DNA of 63,998 nucleotides, counting the filler, from Streblomastix strix (Eukaryota), in NCBI GenBank assembly GCA_008636045.1. It is 3 parts of 3 records of this genome, joined end to end, with 100 filler letters (N's around TTAATTAATTAA, not from the genome) between each part and the next. Parts side by side here need not be neighbours in the genome. Positions count along the whole stretch, not along the records: positions 1 to 22,108 come from SNRW01000337.1; 2 more parts are not named here. The stretch is one strand, 5' to 3'. The notes beneath the pieces were generated by a model that saw only the letters and a program-made list of their open reading frames with translations, was not told where the DNA came from and did no database searches. Position 1 is the stretch's first letter. Every line of letters starts with the position of its first letter. The translations under genes were made by a program, and so were the position numbers. Below are positions 1 to 11,153 of this stretch, one piece after another.

Positions 1-1873
1 CAAGAATTACTTACAGGTCGTCATCCGTACGAATCTGGAACTGAATAAGCTACAATTGACAGGATTAAAGTTGGTAAACCAGATTAATTACCTGATTTTG
101 TACCCAGGGAGATGAAAGAATTAATTATTGCAATGTTGAGTCATGTTTGTTAACTATATACAATAATGTTTATTATTAAATTTTAATTAAAATTAAAATT
201 AATATTTATTTATATAATAAACTATCTATTTATTACTTAATATCTATTTAGGATGCTAATAAACGTCCAACAACGAAGTGGATCATGGAACAAGACACGA
301 TTAAGCTTTACCTCAGGATGTAAGAGGATAAAGAAAAACAATAAAATGAAATTGCACAACTAAGACAAAAACTTGCAAAATAGTAATTATAATCAGATTC
401 GTTTAAACCCAAATAATAAAGTATTTCAACAAAACCAAAAGTCACATCAGAACCAAAGATAATAATTCAAGCTCCAGTAACTCAAGCAACTGTTACATAA
501 GTGAGAAAAGGTATTAATAAATAGAATATTTATTTGATTATTTATTTACTTAATTATATATTAAAAATATCATTATTCTATATTAATCAATAATATCTAA
601 TTTAATAATATATAATTTCCTTATTATATTATATTAATATAGTCCTAACACCAGTAGAGAGTGGGTGTTTGTAAGATATTGAAGTCAATGGGGATACTTA
701 TAACCATACAAATAAGAATGAGAATTTTTGCACTCTTCTTTATAATCCCTTAATTAATAAAGGGATTGTAAAGTTAGAAGTTCTTGTAGTAAATGACTTA
801 GGAGATTATATCAAATTTAAATAAATTAAAATTGAATAATAATAATTATATATTTATTTTAATATATTTAATAACTTTTTCATATTTAATCTGATTCACT
901 TTTTATTTATATTTATTTGAACAGAAGTAGGAATCGCAGATGAATCTGTGCGCTATGGTCGAGATGAAGTTCCTTGGGCAAGAGGTATTTAATATTTAAT
1001 ATATTTGAGATTATTGAATAATTAATGAAATATTGATTATATTCTTTTTATTCAATATTAATTATAATAGGTTGGGATAAGATCGTTGGTTATATTTTCA
1101 CGTGTGATTATTATAATATTTCAACATTTAATTTATTTCTTTATTATTTTAATTATTTTATATTTTATCATCATTGCATTTATTTCTATCACAATATAAT
1201 TATATTTATTATTTTAGCGGAGATATTGCACATATTGGTGGTGATTGGATTGAAGGAAACTCTGGATTCCCTGGTGGATGTCATATAAGAACGGAGGTTT
1301 GTTTGATTGAGATGAATTGATTTATTATTAAAATATTAGAAAAATATATAATTATTAATAAACTATTAATGAGAATTTCAATTATTTTATTCTTAATTCT
1401 TCATTTATATAAACCAGCTCAATATGGAATCAAATCCTCGTATAGGCAAAAAATTCCATAATATTAAAATAAAACATCCAAAATTTTGACTTTTTTATTA
1501 ATATTTTGATAAAGATGTATAAACGTATAGTCAAAAAATAACTAATAAAAATAATAAAAATTTAATGGTTTTAATATATTTTTAACTTCATATATATACT
1601 ATTATATGTATTATTCAAATCAATCTATTAGATTTTAATAATAATTTTTATTTTGGCAGTTTTAGTCTTTTTTTAATTCATATTACATTTATTTCTGTTT
1701 ATTTAAATTTAAAATGCTCAACCGCATTATGTATATGAAATCGTAGCAAATAACATTTAAGAAAAGAATAAGTGCTGATTTTAAATATTAAAACTTAATG
1801 ATTATACAAAGATTTGAAATGTTACTCTGTATTGAAAATTATAAATTATTTAAATATTTTGAATTTTTCTTCA

Positions 1874-2295
1874 TCTAGTACTGATAAAGGGAATGTTTCC
1901 AACATATACCACTCGCTGAATTCTTTAAAAATTATCTACCTCTCGCAAAATTATACCACCTGGCATATGGATTTCAAATTGGACCTGGAAAAGGTTAGTT
2001 ATAGCTCAGAATAAAGTACCATCGCCATACTCTCCAATGCGACACGTCCTTGTTAAATAATTCAACAGAGACTTTTGATCATAAAAATAGTCTTGATATA
2101 AGTCCTAGTGAGTAAGAAGCTCGTTGATTATATTCAGCTAAAGTTAGTGCACATTGTTGTAAGGTCGACCTAATTTGTCATTTATTACACTGAATATGCG
2201 GTATGCGTAATTGAAATAATTATTTATTTATTAAAATATTATTTTAAAATAAACATTTCTTAAACTGGAACAGACAATTACTTTCTCCTCGATTA
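1874..2295 (-). pseudogene. OTU-like cysteine protease region inside the transposon
   Basis: RGESNCLF (Cys codon 2274-2276), then IINELLTHQDLYQDYF...YLTRTCRIGEYGDG...AITNLFQVQFEIH...VVYVGNIPFIS. This follows OTU motif order (DGNCLF; YL..M...G.WG; l.y.g..HY.s). The His position is degenerate. Confidence 0.65.
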
Positions 2296-2649
2296 TTGAT
2301 TAATTACTTGCCATCTAACTCAAGCTCTTATTGAACTTGTACAATATCTGCTTCAACTTATTTTTTTCATTTATTACTTATGTTTCTTCTATATAGACGT
2401 TATACAATAACTGAAATAGGTTTTGCTTGATTTAGGTAGAAAGTATATTACAGTTTAACTTCAATGTATTTGCTTTCTTGCTTCTATTGTTTTTATCCAA
2501 TTTATTTTTTTATTATTATTATTTAAATAGACTCATTTGATCTCTGATCTCCATCCACTCTACTTGATTTCTTTCCTTGTGTCATTTCATTAAATGTGTT
2601 TAATTTCTAATTCTCTTCAACTTCAACTCATTCACGTTTTATTTTTGTC

Positions 2650-3750
2650 AGAATTTATGCAGAAATTTGTTCTGATCCGGAGTCTCGACCATTCTGGTAA
2701 ACTGGATTACTTAGATCATTAATTACTTCATCTCGTTGAAGCGCTGCTTCTGGCGATTTTGGCCATATATCGCAAGCATAAAAACTTGTCTGCCTATTGT
2801 GGTATGTAGCTGCAACTTAAAATCCATCAATAGTTGCTCTAACAAACATTTCTCTTTTTAATTCTGCACTCTTTTTTTTTTAATTTAGGAGCTGTCAATT
2901 GAATTATGAACTTCAAGAATTTGACTATTATAGTGCATTCGTAATATTTGTAACTACTTATTAAAGGTAGATCTGAATTTCCAAAATAAAATGAATCTAA
3001 TTGTTACAATAGATGCGTCAACGAACCAGGAAACGCAATTGCTATAACGTCTTCATAAGAAAGGATATCACATGATTTTTCATCTCCACGGCTCTTGAAA
3101 CCATCATCGAACTATCGAATTTTCTCATCTTGGTTGAAATATTTCAACTATTTCTATTTTCTTATCCACTAACATAATATTCTCACATAATGTCGTTATA
3201 TTTATCTATTCATGAAGCCTGAATTAGAGGTATTAAATACAATGTTATCTTCGATAAATAAGTCTTTTATATATTCAGGAACTTGCTATAACCCACCAAA
3301 TAAGACAAATATACGCAGCTGCTTTACTCCTTCAGATGATATTGCAACGAGAGAGATATGTCATGGTATCTATTCACGAGGTGCGCTTACTCCAAGCTTC
3401 GTTCAAACTTGTTTTGAAGTTTTTTGATTCATCTAATAGTTGATGTTTGTTTAGCTCATATTTAATACTGTTCTTTATTTTACATCTTCACAATGTCTTC
3501 TGTAAATATCATGTTGAACAAATTCGCAACATTGGATACGAAATATGCTTCTGCTCAATTATTATCTTGAGTTGATTAATCAACAATCGATATTCTGCAT
3601 CGTCTTGCTAAGTTTCTAACGTATTGCATTGATGGATCTGAAAGAAAAACACGAAATTTATAAACAATTCCTTGACACTCCAGACGTGATGACCTGCGTA
3701 CTACTTCTCTCTTCTCTTCTTAGTATTGCCAGATAATTGCATAATGAATA
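2650..3750 (-). pseudogene. DDE_1 transposase remnant
   Basis: ISLVAISSEG...IFVLFGG...SNSGFMN...FDDGFKSR...FPGSLTHLLQQLD matches the DDE_1 pattern (SGWM; DGHxSH; PxxTHxLQPLD). Contains frameshifts and TGA stops. Ends approximate. Confidence 0.8.
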
Positions 3751-4398
3751 TATTGCAAAATAATAACTTAATGAGATTAAATCTTTTAATGTAGTGAATT
3801 TGCCAAAAGATATGAACGTTCTGGAGCTAAGTATGAAGTGGATCTTCGACTATCATTTCTGTCGTATATTTATTTACAGTAAGCACGCACAATTTAATAT
3901 GTTCTTTGCGTCGAAATAGCAAAATCTTGCGCTGGTAATGTGATTTGTCCAGGATACAACAACACTACAATTATATGATACATCAAGTTAGCATATTCAC
4001 GAACACCTATTCTTGCTTTCTAGGACCGTTTTGATAGTACTGATTTCCCGATCAATATTAAAAATATTAAGTACTTCCACATTTAAAATTTTAAAACCCA
4101 TAAATTATACGAAAATTTTCTTAATATTGGAAATTTTTATTAAAATAACGGCGTTTTTTAAACCTAGACTCTTACTTTTTTTATTGATGATAAAGAGTAA
4201 TCAAACTTTATCATTAATATCCAAAATGCCATAGGAATATTTGTATGTAAATAATATTATATTAATTAATATTATATCAAAACTAGTAATAAGTATATAT
4301 TATTGATATATTTCTATTAATCATCACTTTTTATTATTTATTCAACAATGTTTGATTTGGGAAGGAGGTGCTTCATTCATAACCCTTACGGATTATGC

Positions 4399-4483
4399 TG
4401 TCTTCCCTCCAGCAGGCAAGCTCGCCTTTTATTAACACTTAGGGCCAGCTAAGGGCCAGGCCGTATTTCATAAAGTGTATGAT
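4399..4483 (+). repeat. Left ITR of DIRS-like copy 1
   Basis: tgtcttcc...aggcaagctcgccttttattaacacttagggccagctaagggccagg... is the reverse complement, with a few mismatches, of 8806-8888. Confidence 0.92.
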
Positions 4484-4541
4484 ATCACACTCATCGACTA
4501 ATCACGAGACCTCTCAAATACAAGGTTCAGGACATGAATAC

Positions 4542-5700
4542 ATGAATGACTTAAATTTAGTTACACGATGGCGCTCCAGTCTTTTATCAGATGAGGAAAG
4601 GCTGAAAGTATTGCAAGCTGCCAAATTCAATGATCTGACATTTAACGAATGAAATGCTGATTTTGATTCAAAAATGATAGTGTTAGTGAAGCATATTGTC
4701 GACCAGGACTTCAAATATGCTGAACAGCAGCCGCAAGAAGCATCTAGTCGTAAAAAACGGAAGAACACGAGCAGTAAGACTGGTATTACTAGGAAAACAT
4801 TGAAATCTAGTGAATGGAAAATAATAGCTGCTAATAAATCAAGTGACAACGAAACGCAACTGAGTGAAGATGAAATACCTGACGCACCGAAAATTCGCCA
4901 ATCTACCGACCAGAAGTTAATAGAAATACTTTCAGATGAGTTTACAATTATCATGATATTGTTCAGACCTCTCGGATACACTGACAGAATCGGAATTACC
5001 AGAAATCTCCACCAGTTTATGTATCGAGGGGAATGGCCAGTTGCAAGCCTGGGTCCAAAATCACCGATTGAGAAGAATGAGTGGTTCGTCGATGTTCCTT
5101 ATGCCATCACTGATGCTTAGTAAACTCTCCTAGTGGCTATACAAGAGTCTATTGAAATGTGACCCAACTAGGAGCAGTGTTTGCATGCGTACAAAATGAT
5201 ATCAATCGCAGCACAAGCTGTAGTAAAAATTCGTGAAGATTCCAATGCACTTACAGGCTTCAAAGCAGTAACAGAAGGAAATTTCTTACATTCAGATATA
5301 TTCTCAGAAGAAACTATTCAGAAGGCTGATAGATATATGAAGTAAATCCAATTGGAAATGAATCTTGGAAGAATCCCATCTTAAACAGATCCTTTTAGTA
5401 GCTTTTACCAATAATGTTATAATCCTCTAAAGCTGCAGTTTTTTATAGTAGTTGACATCAATGCTACCTCCTAACTACGTCTATCCTCCGCGCGGATACT
5501 ACGGCTACCAATAAAGACCAATATTCCCTTTAGGTCGTGGGTATGATACTTTCGATAGATGATTTGGCAAGAGTGGTCGTGGAGGAAGAGAAAGAGGATT
5601 CGCAAACATTCAATAATAAAGCACTTAACCGCAATAAGCTTGACTAATTGACACATCCGAAATGCAATCTACCTCATCAATTCAAGAATGTGAAGAGAAA
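4542..5700 (+). pseudogene. gag-like ORF1 of DIRS-like copy 1
   Basis: Long, GC-richer frame between the left ITR and RT (includes track ORF 4674-5120). Assigned by position only. Confidence 0.5.
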
Positions 5701-5760
5701 GTTCAAAAGGATCCGTTGGGTTGATAAATATGTAATTTAAATAAACTGGATAATAATCAA

Positions 5761-7680
5761 ATTGGTGCGAGATTGATTAATATTTTACCAGAATGGTAAC
5801 AGTTAAACGCAAGTAAAACTATTCAAATTGGTTGCTCTCCTGCGAGGAAAGACTCCCTGAGCTAAAATCGAATGAGCATGAAAAGAAAATAGAACTTATT
5901 CTAAGGTAGCAAGATTATATAGCACTAAATGAAATAAATGATACAAAAAGAACTGCATCTTGGTAAAATTAAGTAAATAGAAGATAAGAATGTTTAACTG
6001 TGGAATCCAGTCCACATAATCCCAAATCCGGATGGCTCTTTGAGGCGAATAACGGATTCTAGAACATTGAATAAGGAAATAATCACGAGTAAATTTAAAA
6101 TGGAAGACATTCAATCCCTACTTACCTTAGTAGAATAAGAAGACTGGGCATTCAGCATCAATATTAAAAGCACTTATAATCATATCAAAGTATCAAATGA
6201 GTTACAATCTTAACTAGCCTTTACAGTGGGAATGAAGACATACACTCATATTGAATTATCCTTTAGCATTTCAATCGCCACAAGAATCTTCTCAAAAATT
6301 CTCTAACCAGCAAAAGAAAATTCAGAGAGACGAGCGAAGTGAAAATAATCAGTTATCATACGATATCTTGGTATATCATTAATCAAAAGAATATCTAAGA
6401 CAGTAAATCTAAGTCATTGTTTAGTTCCTGAAAAGTTTAGGCTGAGTAATTTCGGAGAAAAATTCAAGATAGAACCTATATTAGGAGTTCATCTTTCTGA
6501 GATGGAATTTAAATGCATCAAGAATGGAGATTAGTTTACCAAAGAATAAGAAGGGCTCTTTAATCTACTTCCTCAAGAAATAGATACATAATTTACAGAA
6601 ATCAGTGGCAAACCGCGAAATAAGTAGCAAATATGATTGGGAGAGTCATTCACACCACAGTACAGTTCTAACAAGGAGCTCAATGCATCAAATAAGTTAG
6701 TAAAAAAATTAATAAAATAGTCAAACATAAGGGCTGATATGGTAGAGTGCATCTCATAACGAAGTGCCTAGCGGAACTGGTGTGGTGGATAACTCAAATA
6801 TACAATAACAAACCCCGAAAAATTGTATAATGGATGTAGGATGCAGTGATAGCATCAGATGCGGCTCTTAGTGGCTGGGGAGCGACGCTTCAAATCAACA
6901 ATATGAATTCAATTAGGATATTTGGAAGATGATACAACAAGAGACCCTCATCTAATCAAAGGGAAATTTCAGCAATCTATCTGGCACTGAAACGATTCGA
7001 AGCTACTCTCCAAGCAATGAATATTAAATGTCTAAAGACATAGAGCGATAATAGCACCGCATGTTTCTGTCTGATGAGGAAAAGAGCAGCATTTTTAATT
7101 CATAAACAAATAGATAAGATATTAGCAATGATCGAACAAAATGGATGGTTAATTAAAGTAGAACACATCAAGGGTCTGGACAATAAGGAACCAGATGCAT
7201 TATCTAGACTTGCGAGAGTGGGCGACTACCAGATCAAATCAGATGTCTTAATGGAAGTATTTCAGTAATGGCATATATCAATTACTCTAGATGCATTTGC
7301 GAACAGACATGACACCAAGCACAAGAGGTACTACTCAATTTAGAACGATAACAGGGCTTTAGGATGAGTTTGCCTCATCTATAGTTGGAAGGGAGAACTT
7401 CCATTACTCCACCTCCAATACCTTTAATTTCACGAGTCTTCTAAAAGTTTATTAATGAACAGATAACAGATATTTTCATTACGCCGCAGTGGACAAGTCA
7501 ACCATGGTAGTCGCAACTTAAAGGTATATTAATGATGAATTTATCATTTGATAAGAGCGAGGAGAATCTGATTCCGGGACCGAGAATGAAGAAGATGTAG
7601 TGGAAACTTCCACTTGGGAAGATAATAATTTCACAGATCAGAGGGGTGAACTTGGAGAAGCACTTTTCAAACATTGCTTA
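5761..7680 (+). pseudogene. RT / RNase H / N6-adenine-methyltransferase-like pol ORF, copy 1
   Basis: IGARLINILPEW; FKMEDIQSL...DWAFSINIKSTYNHIKV; RNase H VIASDAALSGWGA, SNQREISAI, SDNSTA, HIKGLDNKEPDALSR; MT-like LDAFANRHDTKHKRYYS...HPPIPLISRV...PQWTSQPW. Frameshifted. Confidence 0.9.
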
Positions 7681-8720
7681 TAAAAGTCTGGATTAGCCTC
7701 TGGATGTATCAATAACATAATAAGATCATTGAGAGGATCATGGAGACGTTACGCATGCTCACTTTCATCTTTCTTCGAATATGGGTAACAAAAATGGAAA
7801 ACAATAGAGCTACTAGCAGAAACTGAAGAACGTTTTCTAATAATAGTAAACTATATATCAATGAAGTTAGATAGCAAACACACCGATGCGTCTATAATTC
7901 AGGAACGAACTTCGCTATTTGTACTGTTTGAATTGATGGGGAAAAATAAAGATAAAATTAGAAACAAAACAATTGAGTAGATTATGAAAGATCCGGTTAC
8001 AAGAAGAAAAAAAACTCAAAAAGAAGAATAAATATAAGAATTAAATACTCTGCTGGATTATATCTAAAGCTAAGCAGAAAGAATTGATGAAGGAAATCTT
8101 GATCAAAAGACGTTATTGAAATACGTTCTTACTCTATTCATGATATATAGTGTATGCAGACTTGCAGAATTACAATGAGCAGAACTTGATGTTACTAAAT
8201 AGTAAGAAGGAATCATCATAATCAAAACATATCTTGGAAAGCGAAAATCTGGAGATCTTGAAGTCACATTATCATAAGTAAATAATGTCAAAGTCCGCCC
8301 TGTAAAATGGTGGCGATCGTGGAGAAACAAAAGAAAACCGACGAACGAATGGAGTCAAATGCAAATATGGATAAATTGCAAAGAAGAACAGAACTGGACT
8401 TGTGATTAGTGCAGCAAAGGTATAAGAGAGATTATGAGGGTAGCTGGCATTGAAGAGAAATACACAGTTACTTCCATTCGAAAAGCTTCAATTTCCGCAA
8501 TAATTAATTTAAGAAAATCGAAATAAGAAATTGATTAATGGAGCAGACATGGCGATGCATCTACAGCAGTTCGCATGTTCTATGATGCCAACAACAATAC
8601 AGAAATAAGTTATGCAATATCTAAGTGCACAAGTGAACCAAGCTCAATTAGACGCAACTGTATCCCCGCTGGGATTGAAATAAACGCGTCAATAAACAAG
8701 CGGAAAATGAAGAACAACTG
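7650..8720 (+). pseudogene. Tyrosine recombinase of DIRS-like copy 1
   Basis: SVCRLAEL (catalytic R), VRPVKWW, YTVTSIRKASIS, WSRHGDASTAVRMFYD (catalytic Y). Confidence 0.85.
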
Positions 8721-8805
8721 AAATAATCAACACGAGTTTTATCGTTTAATTTACTTTTTAATTATTATTCAATCATTTTATTTAATCGCAACATATTTAA
8801 AAACT

Positions 8806-8888
8806 GTCATTCACTTCATGAAAACGACCTGGCCCTTAGCTGGCCTTATGTGCTAATAAAAGGTGAGCTTGCCTTCTTTCGGAAGACA
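8806..8888 (-). repeat. Right ITR of DIRS-like copy 1
   Basis: cctggcccttagctggccttatgtgctaataaaaggtgagcttgcct...ggaagaca pairs with 4399-4483. Confidence 0.92.
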
Positions 8889-9269
8889 TAACAAAATTAC
8901 GAATTTCGAATTTCTATCAACGCCAACTGCCAGACATGGAAAAGGATCAAGGTTGTGGGAATGGAATAAAAAATAGAAGAAATGAATAAAAAAATAAAAT
9001 AGAAGATGAAAATGAAATGAAGCAACAGTATCAGAATCAGATTTAGTTTTGATAAAGATTAAGAATATTTTTTCCATTTAGTAATCCTGTAACTCTTTCC
9101 ATTTCAATTGCTGCTATTTAATACAAGATTTATTTAAAACAAATATATATTTGCAAATTTAATTATTGAAATAACCAATAAAACGACATATTTGATTTTA
9201 AATTACATATATTAATTCTTTTTATTAGTGATATAACAAAATTGGTGACTGACAGACTATAAATTCAGT

Positions 9270-11153
9270 TCAAAATTTTGGTTTTCCAATCTCCGATCCT
9301 TGATTTTAACATCTGAATTGTAATATCTGAATCAAAATGTATATAATAATAAAAATAAATACAAGAACTGAAAAAATAATAATCAATCAAATATATATAC
9401 CTATCTCAGCATAAACTCCAAAATAAGTCTTGCACTAGGTCTCTATTATTCATTTTAACCTGTTTTCCCTTTTGCACCACTTTTTTAAGCCAAATCTTCA
9501 GTAATTGATGGTTTTAATGAAGCAGCTTATGCAAAGAGAGCATTTATACCCAAGATCTCACCACTCTCCTGAACGAATGATTCCAATTCATCTTCAGCAT
9601 TGGTGCCTGTTTGTAAATGAATGATAATAATAAATATTATTAAATTATATTAAATTGAATTAATAATTAAAATATATAAATTAATGCAATATTTCAATTA
9701 AACACACATTTATTAGTCAGTTTTGCGAGTGCAACTCTCTCAGAAGCGAATTCCTCCTCCAGATCAAACAACTCCAAATGTGGTTTAGGCAACTCTCTGA
9801 ATTGAGGTGGAAACACAGCGAACTTCGCAGATGGAAGTGGGACCTCAAATTCAGGAGGTACCAAAGCCAATATTTGATGAGGGAGTGACATTTGTCTGTA
9901 GAGGTTGAGCACAGGTGGTATGTTCATCAGATCGAACTTGAAGAGTGTTGGATCAAATAGTGATGTGTAATCTACTGGAACACGCTCTGATTCTTGAAGC
10001 TCAGATCGAACACGGCTGCTGAGATCGATTGTATCTGGTGTGGTGACTGCACTCTATTTGTATATAAATAGATATACATAGTATATAAATAGTTATATAT
10101 ATTAAATTAATATATTTTATTATTGTTTATTTTATTAATTTTATTTTATGCCAATAGATCTGGTTCTTCAGAATCCAATGTATTCAATTTAAATGTTGTG
10201 TCTTTCAAATAATTGATTATTATCTAAATAGAAATATAAATTGAAAGATAAAAATTAATAAATAAATAATTTAGTACATTTGCAAGAATCTTATTTTGTT
10301 CTTCTTTTATAAATTCATCATCAAAGAGATGATATCCTCCAATAACAACTAATCTTCCTTTTCCTTTCTAATAACAAATAATATATAATTAAATATTTAA
10401 TATAATATTAATTAAATATAAAATAAATTAAATTTCATACAATATTTTCAACAGATGCAGCAATTGGTCTCTACATTGGAGTACATTATTTCCCAGATGA
10501 AAGAATAGGAACTGCTGGTTTCTACACTTCCAATGTAGCACCAAATGGATATAGTATGGATAATGAACGAGCTACTTATTCTTTCTTTCCAGTTGTTATA
10601 ATTGGTTTTTCAGATCCTTTCTCTTTAGCTCGATTCGCTTCTCTCGCGATTTCACGGTTCAAAACACCATCAGAGATTATAGCGCGTTTAGGATGTGGTT
10701 ATCCAACATATACAGATGAGACCACACAATCAGGATTCACAGCTACACCATAGTGCTCAAGGAAGTAGTTGATGTTTGTACCAAGTTTAGTTTCACCTCC
10801 TTCACTTAACATAACAAGCATTCGCCCACCATCTTCTAGGAACTGCCATAGTGTATCAACCTATTAATTGTAATAGATATAAAGATATAACGTGAATTTA
10901 TAATATTTTACATGAGATGCAAACTTCAGCTTTTGTGAATTTGTCCTGTGAACCACCGAGAATTAGGAGAAAACATTCTTTGAGTGTGGTGTAGCGCAGG
11001 TCATCCTTGTTTCTATTAAATTTATTAGAAAAGAAAAAGAAAATTGCAAACATACATTAATACATCAAAATCTGGCTGTAAAATTTGACGTAACGCCTTG
11101 AAACCAGCAAGTTCACGTTTTGTTGCATTTACTAGAGCTAATCGCCGTGCCAT
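9270..11153 (-). CDS. IFT52: Intraflagellar transport protein 52 (multi-exon)
   Basis: FLEDGGRMLVMLSEGGETKLGTNINYFLEHYG, IISDGVLNREI, LYPFGATLEVQKPAVPILSSG, FEVPLPSAKFAVFPPQFRELPKPHLELFDLEEEFASE. ATG at 11153, TGA at 9270; AT-rich introns. Confidence 0.95.

Larger units (their letters stand above)
1443..4166 (-). mobile_element. Degenerate pogo/Tc1-mariner-superfamily (DDE_1) DNA transposon
   Basis: Imperfect ~45 bp TIRs (TAGGcaaaaaattcc... / ...ggcgttttttaaaCCTA). TA on the left (1441-1442) and GA on the right (4167-4168, probably a mutated TA TSD). Removal restores host codons CCT CGT ACT CTT. Confidence 0.8.
4379..8892 (+). mobile_element. DIRS-like tyrosine-recombinase retrotransposon (copy 1, degenerate)
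   Basis: Inverted terminal repeats, gag-like ORF, RT, RNase H, methyltransferase-like domain and YR in DIRS order. Boundaries are fixed by the interrupted host exon. No TSD. Confidence 0.92.
1..8985 (+). pseudogene. Protein kinase (C-lobe, 5'-truncated) plus C-terminal SPRY/B30.2-like domain, split by two TE insertions
   Basis: With TAR=Gln the exons give QELLTGRHPY...MLSH/DANKRPT (kinase IX-XI), then LLYNPLINKGIVKLEV, VGIADESV, GDIAHIGG...LNMESNPR (to 1440). The frame resumes as TLTFFIDDKEQSNFIINI at 4168 and IWEGGASF to 4378, then KITNFEFLSTPTARHGKGSRLWEWNKK-TGA at 8893-8985. Splice sites near 805 and 4348 appear mutated. Confidence 0.85.
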
